A stretch of 64,000 nt of DNA from Cyclobacteriaceae bacterium (lineage in GTDB: Bacteria > Bacteroidota > Bacteroidia > Cytophagales > Cyclobacteriaceae), in contig JALOMI010000003.1 in the NCBI GenBank assembly GCA_025455465.1, forward strand, positions 1,730 through 65,729. The letters run 5' to 3'. A program made the translations under genes and the position numbers. The notes below the pieces were generated by a model that saw only the letters and a program-made list of their open reading frames with translations, ran no database searches and was not told the origin of the DNA. How positions within the stretch are numbered: the stretch's first letter is position 1; every line of letters starts with the position of its first letter. Below are positions 40,071 through 50,103 of the stretch, in pieces.

Positions 40071-43000
40071 ATGAAAAATCATATCGTCATCGTATCGCTC
40101 CTACTTTTACTAAGTCAGTTTACGGTTGCACAGCGTAGCCGACAGCAGGCGGCACCGGTTCCAGCTCCTGTTCCGGCTATCGACTTTAATGCTTATTTCA
40201 GTGCCATGAAATGGCGAAGCATTGGTCCGTTCCGAGGCGGGCGTTCCAATGCGGTGAGTGGTGTGGTTGGCGATAAGATTACCTACTACATGGGCACTAC
40301 AGGTGGTGGAATCTGGAAGACAGAAGATGCCGGTACAACATGGAGGAATATTTCTGACGGATATTTTCAATCGGGCTCAGTAGGTGCCATTGCGGTATCA
40401 GAAAGTGATCCGAATGTTATTTATGCCGGTATGGGCGAACATGCCATACGCGGTGTGATGACGCATCATGGTGACGGAATGTATAAATCATTCGATGCCG
40501 GTAAGACCTGGCAACGCATCGGACTGGAGAAGACGCAGCATATTGCACGCATCATCGTTCATCCGAAAAACCCGGAAATCGTTTGGGTAGCAGCACAGGG
40601 CGCTTTGTTCGGGCCGTCAGCAGATCGCGGCATTTATAAAAGCATTGATGGCGGTAAAACCTGGAAGAAGGTCTTGTACGTGAATGACAAAACCGGTGCT
40701 GCAGAATTGTCTCTCGATTTTTCCAATCCGATGGTCTTGTATGCTGCGATGTGGGAGCATGGCCGGCTTCCGTGGAAAGTTATCAGTGGTGGGGAAGGGA
40801 GCGGTTTGTATAAATCCGTTGACGGAGGGGATACCTGGCAGAAAATTCATGAAGGATTGCCGAAAGAACTTGGCAAGATGAGCATCGCGGTGAGCCGCTC
40901 CAATCCAAATAAAGTCTATGCCTTGATCGAGAGTGACTCAGAAAAGGCAAAAGGAGGTTTATTTGTTTCGGATAATGGCGGCAAGAGCTGGTCGCGCATT
41001 TCCGGTGACAACCGGCTGTTGCAACGCGCCTGGTATTACATTGAACTTTATATTGACCCGGTGGATGAACTGACCGTCTACGTGCTCAGCGCACCTGCCT
41101 TACGGTCAATTGATGGAGGTGTTACCTGGGAACTGCTGCCCACGCATCATGGAGATCACCATGATTTGTGGATTAATCCCCTCGATAATAAAAACATGGT
41201 CATCGCTGATGACGGAGGTGCTTCCATCACCTTCAACTACGGAAAGACCTGGACGCACCAGAACAACATGCCTACCGCCCAATTGTATCGCATCAGTGTG
41301 GACAATCAGTTTCCTTACCGTATTTATGCCGGTCAGCAGGATAATACATCTGTGGTGATCGGCAGCCGTGAGCTCAGCAGCCGCTATATCACCGAAGCCA
41401 GTTGGGAGCCTTCAGCCGGTGGTGAGAGTGCTTTCCTCGCATTCAATCCGGATGACCCGCGCTTTGTCCTGGGTGGAAGCTACCTGGGCACCATCGATAT
41501 TCTGGATACGCGCGCACGGGCTACTACCAATATTATGGCCGCGCCCATTCAGTACCTCGCCCGCGAAACCAAAGACATGAAATACCGCTTCAACTGGAAT
41601 GCGCCCATCATCTGGTCGAGACATGAGCCCAACACCTATTATCACGCAGCACAGTACCTGCTGAAGACAACGGATATGGGTAAAACCTGGAGCGAGGCAT
41701 CACCCGACCTGACACGCAATGAAAAGTCCAAACAAGGGAAGGGCGGTGGCCCCTATACGAACGAGGCAGTTGGTGCCGAGAATTACGGTACCATCAGTTA
41801 TGTGATGGAGTCTCCGCAAGAGAAGGGCGTAATCTGGGTGGGCAGCGATGACGGCCTGGTACACCTCACACGTGATGGCGGAAAAACCTGGAGCAATGTT
41901 ACGCCAGCCGGATTAGCAGAGTGCCTGATCAATGCCATTGAAGTTTCACCCCATCATCCGGCAACGGCCTATATCGCCACCACCCGTTATAAGTTCAACG
42001 ATCATACTCCGGCTCTTTACAAGACCACTGATTACGGAAAGACGTGGGTTAGCATCAGTCGGGGAATTCCGCCAGGAGCATTTACCCGTGTAGTGCGCGA
42101 AGACCAGGTGCGTAAAGACCTGTTGTTTGCAGGAACGGAATCAGGTGTATTTTTATCATGGGACGGAGGAAACCAGTGGCATAAATTCCAGCTTAACCTG
42201 CCCGTTACACCGATCACAGATTTATGTGTGCACCAGGGCAACCTGATTGCTTCAACTTCCGGGCGTTCTTTTTGGATTTTGGATGATCTGGCATTGTTAC
42301 GAAACTTCCAATCAAATGATAACACGGCATTCAAACTCTTCCGGGCAGCCGATGCGGTAATAGTCAACGGATCCAGTGATCTTGACAGCAGTGATCCTGA
42401 ATTTGACGGCTCACATCCTTACTATGGCGTCAATCCCTCAACCGGTGTTGTATTCTATTACAACTTACCGGAGTTGCCTGAAAAGCAGGTGGTCACCCTG
42501 GAGATTACGGATGCCAAAGGCAACCTGGTTCGATCGTATACATCGGTGAAAGACAGCCTGTTCAAGACATACGATGGTGGCCCTGCTGCCGAACCGGTGC
42601 TGGGCAATGCCAAAGGGCTGAACCGGATGGTCTGGAACATGCGATACCCCACGATGCCCGGTGTGCCCGGAGTTTACATCGAAAGCAGTTTCCGCGGGCA
42701 TAAGGCTATACCCGGCAATTATAAGGCAACATTAAAAGCGGGCAGCCAGTCTTCCTCAGTCGATTTTAGTATTCTTCCCAATCCGCTGTATGCAATAACA
42801 GAGGCTACCTACCGGGAGTATCACGAAGTGATGCATCAGATGGAGAAAGAATTGACGGGCATGCACGAAACAGTGAACAAACTGTATCGCATACAGACGC
42901 AGTTGGATGAATTGCTCAAGTCGCTTCCGGCTGATCCAAAGTATGCTGCGTTAAAGAAGCAAGGGGGTGAACTGATTCAGAATCTGAAGGCATGGGATGA

Positions 43001-43262
43001 AGACATGGTGCAGCGTAAATCAAAAGCGTATGATGATGTGGAGAATTTTGAAAACAAGTTCACGGCCAATTATCTGTTTCTGATTAATCATACAGAAAGC
43101 GACATCCCCCGAGTCAATCAACCTTCACAAAAACGCCTGAGCGAGCTTACAGCACAGTGGCAGCAACTGCAGCAGCGGAGCAACCAACTGATCAGTGAAG
43201 ATATACCCCGCATCAACAAACTGATGTGGGATGCCGGTATTGGGGCACTGTGGAAACAGTAG
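40071..43262 (+). CDS. Secreted BNR/Asp-box repeat protein (sortilin/VPS10-like, GH74-like twin beta-propeller architecture)
   Basis: I start it at the ATG at 40071 ([21 protein letters not shown]). At least nine SxDxGxTW Asp-boxes are present ([72 protein letters not shown]). Confidence 0.85.
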   Translation: MKNHIVIVSLLLLLSQFTVAQRSRQQAAPVPAPVPAIDFNAYFSAMKWRSIGPFRGGRSNAVSGVVGDKITYYMGTTGGGIWKTEDAGTTWRNISDGYFQSGSVGAIAVSESDPNVIYAGMGEHAIRGVMTHHGDGMYKSFDAGKTWQRIGLEKTQHIARIIVHPKNPEIVWVAAQGALFGPSADRGIYKSIDGGKTWKKVLYVNDKTGAAELSLDFSNPMVLYAAMWEHGRLPWKVISGGEGSGLYKSVDGGDTWQKIHEGLPKELGKMSIAVSRSNPNKVYALIESDSEKAKGGLFVSDNGGKSWSRISGDNRLLQRAWYYIELYIDPVDELTVYVLSAPALRSIDGGVTWELLPTHHGDHHDLWINPLDNKNMVIADDGGASITFNYGKTWTHQNNMPTAQLYRISVDNQFPYRIYAGQQDNTSVVIGSRELSSRYITEASWEPSAGGESAFLAFNPDDPRFVLGGSYLGTIDILDTRARATTNIMAAPIQYLARETKDMKYRFNWNAPIIWSRHEPNTYYHAAQYLLKTTDMGKTWSEASPDLTRNEKSKQGKGGGPYTNEAVGAENYGTISYVMESPQEKGVIWVGSDDGLVHLTRDGGKTWSNVTPAGLAECLINAIEVSPHHPATAYIATTRYKFNDHTPALYKTTDYGKTWVSISRGIPPGAFTRVVREDQVRKDLLFAGTESGVFLSWDGGNQWHKFQLNLPVTPITDLCVHQGNLIASTSGRSFWILDDLALLRNFQSNDNTAFKLFRAADAVIVNGSSDLDSSDPEFDGSHPYYGVNPSTGVVFYYNLPELPEKQVVTLEITDAKGNLVRSYTSVKDSLFKTYDGGPAAEPVLGNAKGLNRMVWNMRYPTMPGVPGVYIESSFRGHKAIPGNYKATLKAGSQSSSVDFSILPNPLYAITEATYREYHEVMHQMEKELTGMHETVNKLYRIQTQLDELLKSLPADPKYAALKKQGGELIQNLKAWDEDMVQRKSKAYDDVENFENKFTANYLFLINHTESDIPRVNQPSQKRLSELTAQWQQLQQRSNQLISEDIPRINKLMWDAGIGALWKQ

Positions 43263-43288
43263 TTACGGGTAAGACTTAGCAGGGCCGA

Positions 43289-44149
43289 TCAGCGCGAAGA
43301 ACTTCTCACCAGTTCTGTTTCGGCAGGTTCCGGTTCGATTTCTTCCCATTTAACCGGTTCGGTATTATGGAGGTAGTCGAGAATTTTTCGTTCCACCTGT
43401 TTCATCTTCAGTGAACGCAGAAATTTTCCGTTTCGAGCCAGGATCAACCGTCCGGTTTCTTCAGAAATGGCCATCACCAGGGTATCAGTGCTTTCCGACA
43501 TACCCACTGCGGCACGATGCCGCAGGCCGAAGTGTGCCGGCAAATGATCGTTCTCAGTCACAGGCAGTACACAACGTGCAGCTTTTATCCTTCCCTTGTG
43601 GATAATCACAGCTCCATCATGAAGGGGACTGAATTTATTGAAGATGGAGATTAGCAGTCCTTTGCTGATTTCTGAATCGAGGGGCTCACCGGTTTCGGCA
43701 TAGAATTTCAGTTCCGTGTCGCGTGTAAAAACAATCAGTGCACCGGTGCGGGTAGCCTTCAGTGATTTGGCAGCTTCCAGAATCTGATGGACATCTGTTT
43801 CGTCATTGGTTTCACCGCGCCAGTTGGCCAGCGTTTTAAGAAAGTTGTCGCGAAATTCTGTGCCTCCGATAACAAGAAGAAATTTTCGTATCTCCGGTTG
43901 AAAGAGAATGATCATGGCAAGTACACCAACACCCATGAACTGCCCTAGAATGGTGGCCAGCAATTCCATCTGCGCTGCCTTCACGATCAGGTAGATCAGG
44001 TACAAGGCGAGCACTCCTAAGAAAATGTTTACAGCAATACTTCCGCGGATCAGTTTGTAGACTTGATACAGCAATACACTGACCAATACGATATCTACCA
44101 GGTCAACCCAGGTGACATCGAGAAAGCCGATCTTGAAGAGCCATATCAT
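43289..44149 (-). CDS. cdaA: Diadenylate cyclase CdaA (membrane-anchored DAC domain)
   Basis: Three N-terminal TM helices. The DAC hallmark motifs are present: HDGAVII (DGA) and GLRHRAAVG (RHR). Confidence 0.9.
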   Translation of the reverse strand: MIWLFKIGFLDVTWVDLVDIVLVSVLLYQVYKLIRGSIAVNIFLGVLALYLIYLIVKAAQMELLATILGQFMGVGVLAMIILFQPEIRKFLLVIGGTEFRDNFLKTLANWRGETNDETDVHQILEAAKSLKATRTGALIVFTRDTELKFYAETGEPLDSEISKGLLISIFNKFSPLHDGAVIIHKGRIKAARCVLPVTENDHLPAHFGLRHRAAVGMSESTDTLVMAISEETGRLILARNGKFLRSLKMKQVERKILDYLHNTEPVKWEEIEPEPAETELVRSSSR

Positions 44150-44161
44150 CGCGTAAAGGTA

Positions 44162-45040
44162 CTAAACTCCCGCGGCAGGGAATGCCAGCTTGCCGAAAAG
44201 TTTAACCGTCTGCACGGCTTCGCGCACATCGTGGACCCGCACGATTGATGCACCCTGCTGCAAGGCCGCCATGTTCAAGGCCGTGGTTCCGTTGAGTGCC
44301 TCATCGGCTGATATGTTCAGCGTTTTCCAGATCATGGATTTTCGCGATAAACCAACTAGAATTGGCTTGCCAATGATTCGCATATGATCCAGATGCCGGA
44401 GCAGTTCAAAACTCTGTTCAATGGTTTTGGCGAAACCAAAACCGGGATCAATAATGATATCCTTGACACCTGACTGGTGAAGACGATCCACTTTCTTGTG
44501 GAAATAGTTGATGATTTCATACAACAGATTTTCATAACCAGAAAGTGAGGTCATTGTCTGCGGAGTGCCGCGCATGTGCATGCAGATGTAGGGTACGTGC
44601 AGGTCAGCCACGGTCTGAAACATCAGCGGATCCAGTTCGCCACCGGATACATCATTGACAATGTCTGCACCGGCTTCCACCGCCTGACGGGCAACAGCGC
44701 TTCGGAACGTATCCACTGAAATATAAACTTCGGGTATAACCTTTCTAATGGCCTGAATCACCGGAAGAATTCGCTGGGATTCCAGTTCCTGGGGAATGTC
44801 ATCAGCACCGGGCCGGGTCGAGTACCCGCCAATATCAAGAATGTGTGCTCCATCCTGAACCATGGAAGTTGCCTTTTTGATGATCTCCGGCAGGCTGGCA
44901 TGCCTGCTGCCGGCATAAAAGCTATCCGGGGTTATGTTCAGGATTCCCATTACCAATGGGCTACTGAGCGTTACCAGTTGGCCTCTTAAGGTGAGTGTAT
45001 TGTTTGTTGAAAATGCTGTATTTTGCCGCGCTGAAATCAT
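44162..45040 (-). CDS. folP: Dihydropteroate synthase
   Basis: Motifs: VMGILNITPDSFY, DIGGYSTRPGA, INDVSGG, DPGFGFAK. Confidence 0.93.
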   Translation of the reverse strand: MISARQNTAFSTNNTLTLRGQLVTLSSPLVMGILNITPDSFYAGSRHASLPEIIKKATSMVQDGAHILDIGGYSTRPGADDIPQELESQRILPVIQAIRKVIPEVYISVDTFRSAVARQAVEAGADIVNDVSGGELDPLMFQTVADLHVPYICMHMRGTPQTMTSLSGYENLLYEIINYFHKKVDRLHQSGVKDIIIDPGFGFAKTIEQSFELLRHLDHMRIIGKPILVGLSRKSMIWKTLNISADEALNGTTALNMAALQQGASIVRVHDVREAVQTVKLFGKLAFPAAGV

Positions 45041-45584
45041 GATTCACGAGAAAACTGCCACCGAATATAAACAGGTGATCAATGCCTGCAAAAACTTGTT
45101 TCTGAAGAAGACGCGGGATTATGGAACGGCCTGGCGTATTCTTCGTCTACCCTCCATTACCGATCAGATTTTTATCAAGGCACAGCGTATCCGGAGCATC
45201 CAGGAAAAAGGTGTTCAGCGTATAGACGATCCGATAGCGGATGAGTTTACAGGTATTATTAATTACTGTGCGATCGCCCTGATGCAAATTCAACTGGAAA
45301 GCTCTGATCAAACAGAATTTTCCGCACAGGAAATTGAGCCGCTGTATGACCGGGTGATTGAAGAAACGTACGCACTTCAACAAAATAAGAATCACGATTA
45401 CGGAGAAGCATGGCGCGATATGCGTGTGGAGTCGATGACGGATATTATTCTGATGAAACTGTTGCGCGTGAAGCAAATTGAAGATAATGCCGGCAAGACA
45501 CTGGTCAGTGAAGGGGTAAAGGCTAATTATCAGGATATGATCAATTATGCAGTGTTTTGTCTAATCAAACTGAACGATCAATAA
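45039..45584 (+). CDS. DUF1599-family all-alpha protein (MazG-like NTP-pyrophosphatase-fold family, as recalled)
   Basis: I start it at the ATG at 45039 (181 aa). It shows an internal duplication: DYGTAWRILR...TDQIFIKAQRIRSI and DYGEAWRDMR...TDIILMKLLRVKQI. Confidence 0.7.
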   Translation: MIHEKTATEYKQVINACKNLFLKKTRDYGTAWRILRLPSITDQIFIKAQRIRSIQEKGVQRIDDPIADEFTGIINYCAIALMQIQLESSDQTEFSAQEIEPLYDRVIEETYALQQNKNHDYGEAWRDMRVESMTDIILMKLLRVKQIEDNAGKTLVSEGVKANYQDMINYAVFCLIKLNDQ

Positions 45585-45587
45585 ACT

Positions 45588-46724
45588 ATGCTTACCAACT
45601 GGAGAAAGTACATTGATTTGTTTTCGCGCTTTTTTGTGGGCGGCTTGTTCATTTTTTCCGGACTGATCAAACTCAACGACCCGATCGGTACGGAGATCAA
45701 GCTGGAAGAATACTTCGAGGTTTTCGCTGCTGATTTCAGTCCGATTTTTCATGGGTTTATTCCCTATTCACTGGAGTTGGGCCTTATCATGATTGTGCTG
45801 GAGATCGTTCTGGGTATTGCATTGCTGATCAACTACCGGATGAAAGAAACCACATGGACGCTGTTGTTGCTTATCATCTTCTTTACCTTCCTTACCGGTT
45901 ACTCGGCCATTTTCAATAAGGTTACAGACTGTGGTTGTTTTGGGGATGCCATTAAACTAACCCCCTGGGAATCTTTCTATAAGGATTTAATTCTGATTGT
46001 TTTTATCCTGCATTTATTCTGGTACCGGAATTATTTTGAACCGGTATTACGCAGCCGTGACGGGCATGCGGTAATTATTGCGGCCACACTGATCAGTTTC
46101 TACCTCGGTATATATGCAATCCGTCATTTGCCCTTTATTGATTTCAGGGCGTATAAAATCGGTAACAACATACCTGAACAAATGCAACTGCCTCCGGGCG
46201 CCAAGCGCGACAGTGTGGTGATGACGTTTATCTATGAACGTGCCGGTGAGCGTGTGGAGTTCACCATGAACCAACTGAGCCAGATTGATTCGACATACTC
46301 TTTTGTTGATCGTGTTGATAAAGTGGTGCGAAAAGGCGACTTGCCGAAAATTGTAGACTATCGCGTCACGGATGTTGATGGTGTGGATATCACGCAGGAA
46401 ACATTTCAGGGTGCGCGCCTCTTACTGGTGCTGTACAATGTTAAATATTCCTCTGCACGGAATGCCGACAAGATCAGTACGTTGATTGATGCGCTCGAAG
46501 GTTATGCCGAACCATTGATCCTTACGGCTTCAACTCCTGCCGACATGGAAGCGTGGCGACATGAACACCAGTGGGCAGCACCGTATGCATTTGCTGATGC
46601 CACGGTACTGAAAACGATTATCCGTGCCAACCCCGGAATTACCTTGTGGGTCAACGGCACAGTAAGGGGTATGTGGCATTTCAATGATGTGCCCACAGCG
46701 GATGAGGTAAAAGCCTTGTTGTAA
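45588..46724 (+). CDS. DoxX-family membrane protein fused to a C-terminal thioredoxin-fold-like soluble domain
   Basis: The N-terminal 4-5 TM DoxX-like region carries FFVGGLFIFSGLIKLNDP and a CGCFG motif. The C-terminal ~180 aa are soluble. It starts 4 bp after the DUF1599 gene ends. Confidence 0.65.
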   Translation: MLTNWRKYIDLFSRFFVGGLFIFSGLIKLNDPIGTEIKLEEYFEVFAADFSPIFHGFIPYSLELGLIMIVLEIVLGIALLINYRMKETTWTLLLLIIFFTFLTGYSAIFNKVTDCGCFGDAIKLTPWESFYKDLILIVFILHLFWYRNYFEPVLRSRDGHAVIIAATLISFYLGIYAIRHLPFIDFRAYKIGNNIPEQMQLPPGAKRDSVVMTFIYERAGERVEFTMNQLSQIDSTYSFVDRVDKVVRKGDLPKIVDYRVTDVDGVDITQETFQGARLLLVLYNVKYSSARNADKISTLIDALEGYAEPLILTASTPADMEAWRHEHQWAAPYAFADATVLKTIIRANPGITLWVNGTVRGMWHFNDVPTADEVKALL

Positions 46725-46730
46725 TCTAAC

Positions 46731-47249
46731 GTGAAAATCTACCTGATAGGACTACCTGGCTCGGGTAAGAGTACACTGGGCAAGCAACTGGCATCCGTGT
46801 TAAATCTTACGTTTATTGATTTGGATGAAGCAATAACCGCCCGGGCAGGTCTAACTATTCCTGAATTGTTTCAGCAACAGGGTGAAACCTATTTCCGGGA
46901 ATTAGAAGCATCCTTGCTTCGCGAAACATCAGCAAATGAAAATTTTGTAATGGCAACCGGAGGAGGTACGTCTTGTTTTTATGAGGGTATTTCATTCATG
47001 AACTCACAGGGAGTTACAGTATACCTGGATGTGGATGTGGCAACAATAGCGAGCCGGATGAAGGAATCAGAAATTGCTGGGCGTCCCTTATTGAATTCCC
47101 AAACGGTTGAAGATTTGATAATTCGTTTGAAGAGCCTGCACGATCAACGGCATGTCTATTACGGCCAATCGAAAATACGGTTATCAGGAAATGCATTGCG
47201 GGTTGAGGATATCCTGGCTGCTCTTGAATTAATACAGTCTAAAAAGTGA
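46731..47249 (+). CDS. aroK: Shikimate kinase
   Basis: GTG start. Motifs: P-loop LIGLPGSGKSTLGK, DLD and GGG (ATGGGTS). The 172-aa length is typical. Confidence 0.9.
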   Translation: MKIYLIGLPGSGKSTLGKQLASVLNLTFIDLDEAITARAGLTIPELFQQQGETYFRELEASLLRETSANENFVMATGGGTSCFYEGISFMNSQGVTVYLDVDVATIASRMKESEIAGRPLLNSQTVEDLIIRLKSLHDQRHVYYGQSKIRLSGNALRVEDILAALELIQSKK

Positions 47250-48771
47250 GGCCAAAAGTCAGCATCAGTGTGTTTCTCATATTCCTGATACTCGTCACAG
47301 GCCCCAGGGTATCATCAAAAACATACGGTGCATAACTGCTATCCCGTTGCGTATTTAACCAGGTTATGTCGGTAAAAAATCTGCGAGCCCGATAACCTGC
47401 ACCCGCACTTAACGTGTTGATGCTTCGGTTTATGTTGATGGATTGATTGTAAGGATTGGAAAGCACCTGGTAACCTCCACGAAATCGAAACGCATTAAGT
47501 CGATACTCTCCCCCGATGCGGAAGTTTACTGTATTCTCATAGAGTTGGCTGATGACCTGGTTTTCCTGATCAAAGGAAATTCCGCTGATGTCTGATTGAT
47601 ACCGGGCCTGGCTGTAGTTTACAAACTCCACATCACCACTGATGAATCCGCTTGAGCCTATAAAAAATGCCGCACCCAGGTTCAACCGCATGGGCGTACG
47701 CAGATTATATTCTGCGATCAGTGGTTGTTGTGATTCATCGGTGATGGCACTCAATATTGTTCCCGTGCCCAGGTAGTTAAAATTATTCCATTGCGTATTT
47801 ACCCGTGCAGTGTACGAATCGGTTGATTGATATGAAGTTGGTGTGACATAAGAAATACCCAGTTGAAGATAGTCGAGTGGCCGGTAAATCAACCCAAGCG
47901 TCAGGTTAACACCGGTGCCCTGGATATCAATGGTTTCCTCCAGTTCGAGATAGTTTAGCGGGTTGAAGTCAGGGTCCAGTTCAAAAAAGAAATCCGATTC
48001 CCGGTATAGTGCGCTGAATTTATACCGGAGGGTAGCAATACCCACAGTGGCCCCAACAAAAATTTTATCATTGAAATTGGCTCCGTAGGCAAAAGACCAT
48101 TGATACTGTGCACCGTTCGTTTTAACCGTTCCTTCCCGGTAAAGACTGCGTATATCATTGGGGTCATCGTACAGGCCTATGACAGAGAAATACTGTCCTT
48201 GGCTTCCGCCCCAGAATGTGGAATCATCAATGAGGTAATTATTGTAGGCCAAACCCGTTGGCAGATCAAAGTTTAGATTGTTTGAAGGTATACCGGTCGC
48301 CTGTTGCAGGAAGAAATCAACAATGGATGAAACATTATCATTTCCTCCATAACGAAACGAGTTATTGAAATCATTTGTACGGGTCATGGTTATGCCAAAG
48401 GAGCCGCCCATAAAACCATTATTGTTTTTCGGGGAATGGCTCACATAGCTAAGACCTGGCAAGGTAAACTTGGTGCGGGAATCACTTTCCTGATTACCGT
48501 TATAGGTCGATTCCGTGCTGTAAAAATTCAATGCGGGCGTAATAGTAAACTCACTCCGGTTGTACATGCCCAAGCCGGCAGGATTAGATAATGCCGAGCT
48601 GAAGTCACCTCCCAGCGCTACCTGCGCGCCTCCGATCCCTTGAATTCGGGCGCTGCCTCCCGGGTTGGTGCGGCTGAAATCCAGCGCATTGTCAATAAAA
48701 CTTTGTGCCCGCACCCCGGTCGCAACAAGCAAGAGTAATCCCGCGAGTTGAATAAAAACCCTGAATTGCAT
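47239..48771 (-). CDS. Outer-membrane beta-barrel protein, FadL/TodX/PorV-like
   Basis: I start it at the ATG at 48771 (MQFRVFIQLAGLLLLVATGVRAQS). The N-terminal block GGSARIQGIGGAQVALGGDFSSALSNPAGLG resembles the FadL-like family. It has alternating beta-strand patterns and a terminal ...LMLTFGLTF ending in Phe. Confidence 0.7.
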   Translation of the reverse strand: MQFRVFIQLAGLLLLVATGVRAQSFIDNALDFSRTNPGGSARIQGIGGAQVALGGDFSSALSNPAGLGMYNRSEFTITPALNFYSTESTYNGNQESDSRTKFTLPGLSYVSHSPKNNNGFMGGSFGITMTRTNDFNNSFRYGGNDNVSSIVDFFLQQATGIPSNNLNFDLPTGLAYNNYLIDDSTFWGGSQGQYFSVIGLYDDPNDIRSLYREGTVKTNGAQYQWSFAYGANFNDKIFVGATVGIATLRYKFSALYRESDFFFELDPDFNPLNYLELEETIDIQGTGVNLTLGLIYRPLDYLQLGISYVTPTSYQSTDSYTARVNTQWNNFNYLGTGTILSAITDESQQPLIAEYNLRTPMRLNLGAAFFIGSSGFISGDVEFVNYSQARYQSDISGISFDQENQVISQLYENTVNFRIGGEYRLNAFRFRGGYQVLSNPYNQSININRSINTLSAGAGYRARRFFTDITWLNTQRDSSYAPYVFDDTLGPVTSIRNMRNTLMLTFGLTF

Positions 48772-48790
48772 ACGAAAGGCCTGCGGGGGA

Positions 48791-49933
48791 TTAGTTATTA
48801 CCCCTGCGAACTCCGGATGAACCGGAAGAACCTGAAGACGAGCGCGAAGGTGTACTGAAGCTTCCGCTGCTGCTACCCATACTTCTTGACGGTGACGAGT
48901 AACTACCGGATGACCGGTTGGTATCAAAACTACGGCTCGGAGTGCTGTTATAAGTTCTGGTCCCTGTGCTTCCGGTTGAACCTACGCGTGAATTGTTTCC
49001 GCTATTGGTTGGATTTGGCGTACTGAATGAACCTGACTCAGAATACATTCTGCGTGAAGGACGCACATAATATTCATCACTGGTCGTTGTTCGCTGACGA
49101 CCTAACGGGTTAGACGAGTCGCTTATGGTAGGTGTTGTTGGCCGGGCATTAACCGGACGTGATGTTATGTTGTTGACACCTGCATTGCTGGTAGTCGGCC
49201 GCTTACCATAATTCGGGCGGGCTGCGTCACTGACGATGACAACCGGTCGATTGAACCACGGATTCATCATGCCCCAGGAAGGACCCCACATTCCTCCCCA
49301 CGAAGGCCCCCACATGCTGCCCATAAATGGATTACCCCAGGTATAACCTATACCCATACTCCAGCCCGGATTCCAGGAGTTTCCCCAGAAATAACTCATA
49401 CTCATCGACCATCCGGGATTGAAACCGGTTCCGCACCAGTAGGGATTTGCCCAAGGGTTGTTCCATCCCCAGTAGGGACTATAAAAAGAATTGTTCCAGG
49501 ATGGACCAAACCAGCCTGGCGAATACATCGGATTATTCCACGCATTGCTGTTCCAGCTATTGCGCAAATTGGCGTTGGAGAAAGTAGAGGCAGTAGGAAT
49601 ACCGTTATAGCTTTCGGTAAAATAATTCATCTCATCCTCAGCGGCCTGAGCGGAGTTCGAACGGGCAATAAACTCAGGATTTACATTTCGTGCCGAATAG
49701 CTGTCAGTTGGATTAGTGTATTCATCCAACATGGTCGGATCGCTGAAATTCTTTTTCTTGAAAGTGTCGTAACTGCTGGAAACCACTTGATTTTGGGCAG
49801 TATTGTTCACCATTGCGACTTTTTCACGGTCTTTGGAGCGGAAATACATATCGTCTAACTCCTGTGAAAATGCACTTGCACTTACTAATAAAGTCAGGCC
49901 GGTCACAATTATCGTTTTCATAGGGGTATTCAT
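48791..49933 (-). CDS. Secreted low-complexity protein with a Trp/Gly/Pro/Asn-rich repeat core (YXWGXW/WxxGxW-type) and a Ser/Thr/Arg-rich tail
   Basis: I start it at the ATG at 49933 (MNTPMKTIIVTGLTLLVSASAFSQ). ORF residues 133-236 contain 18 Trp and no charged residue. Tandem repeats are visible: WNPGWSMSMSYFWGN / WNPGWSMGIGYTWGN and MWGPSWG x2. Confidence 0.7.
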   Translation of the reverse strand: MNTPMKTIIVTGLTLLVSASAFSQELDDMYFRSKDREKVAMVNNTAQNQVVSSSYDTFKKKNFSDPTMLDEYTNPTDSYSARNVNPEFIARSNSAQAAEDEMNYFTESYNGIPTASTFSNANLRNSWNSNAWNNPMYSPGWFGPSWNNSFYSPYWGWNNPWANPYWCGTGFNPGWSMSMSYFWGNSWNPGWSMGIGYTWGNPFMGSMWGPSWGGMWGPSWGMMNPWFNRPVVIVSDAARPNYGKRPTTSNAGVNNITSRPVNARPTTPTISDSSNPLGRQRTTTSDEYYVRPSRRMYSESGSFSTPNPTNSGNNSRVGSTGSTGTRTYNSTPSRSFDTNRSSGSYSSPSRSMGSSSGSFSTPSRSSSGSSGSSGVRRGNN

Positions 49934-50060
49934 TTTACGGTTAGACACACTTTCCATTATTAACGTTTAAATCTATTAAAGTATTCATAAAAAGCCTGAA
50001 AAGTTGGCGTAAACCCGGTAAAAAAGGCGAACACCAGCGTTTTCTGCTCATTTACTCCTT

Positions 50061-50068
50061 TATCTTTG
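50061..50068 (+). promoter_or_regulatory. Candidate -7 box (TATCTTTG) for proS
   Basis: TAnnTTTG match, 35 bp upstream of the proS ATG. Confidence 0.3.
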
Positions 50069-50103
50069 CCGCTCGATATAATTGCGCAATAACTATACCA
50101 GTC

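Noticed and set aside
43289-45040. The folP-cdaA operon considered as a novel c-di-AMP/folate coupling.
   Set aside because: - As far as I recall, this adjacency is the common arrangement in Bacteroidota, so it is not novel.
- Only the start-codon overlap with DUF1599 is reported, as a separate finding.
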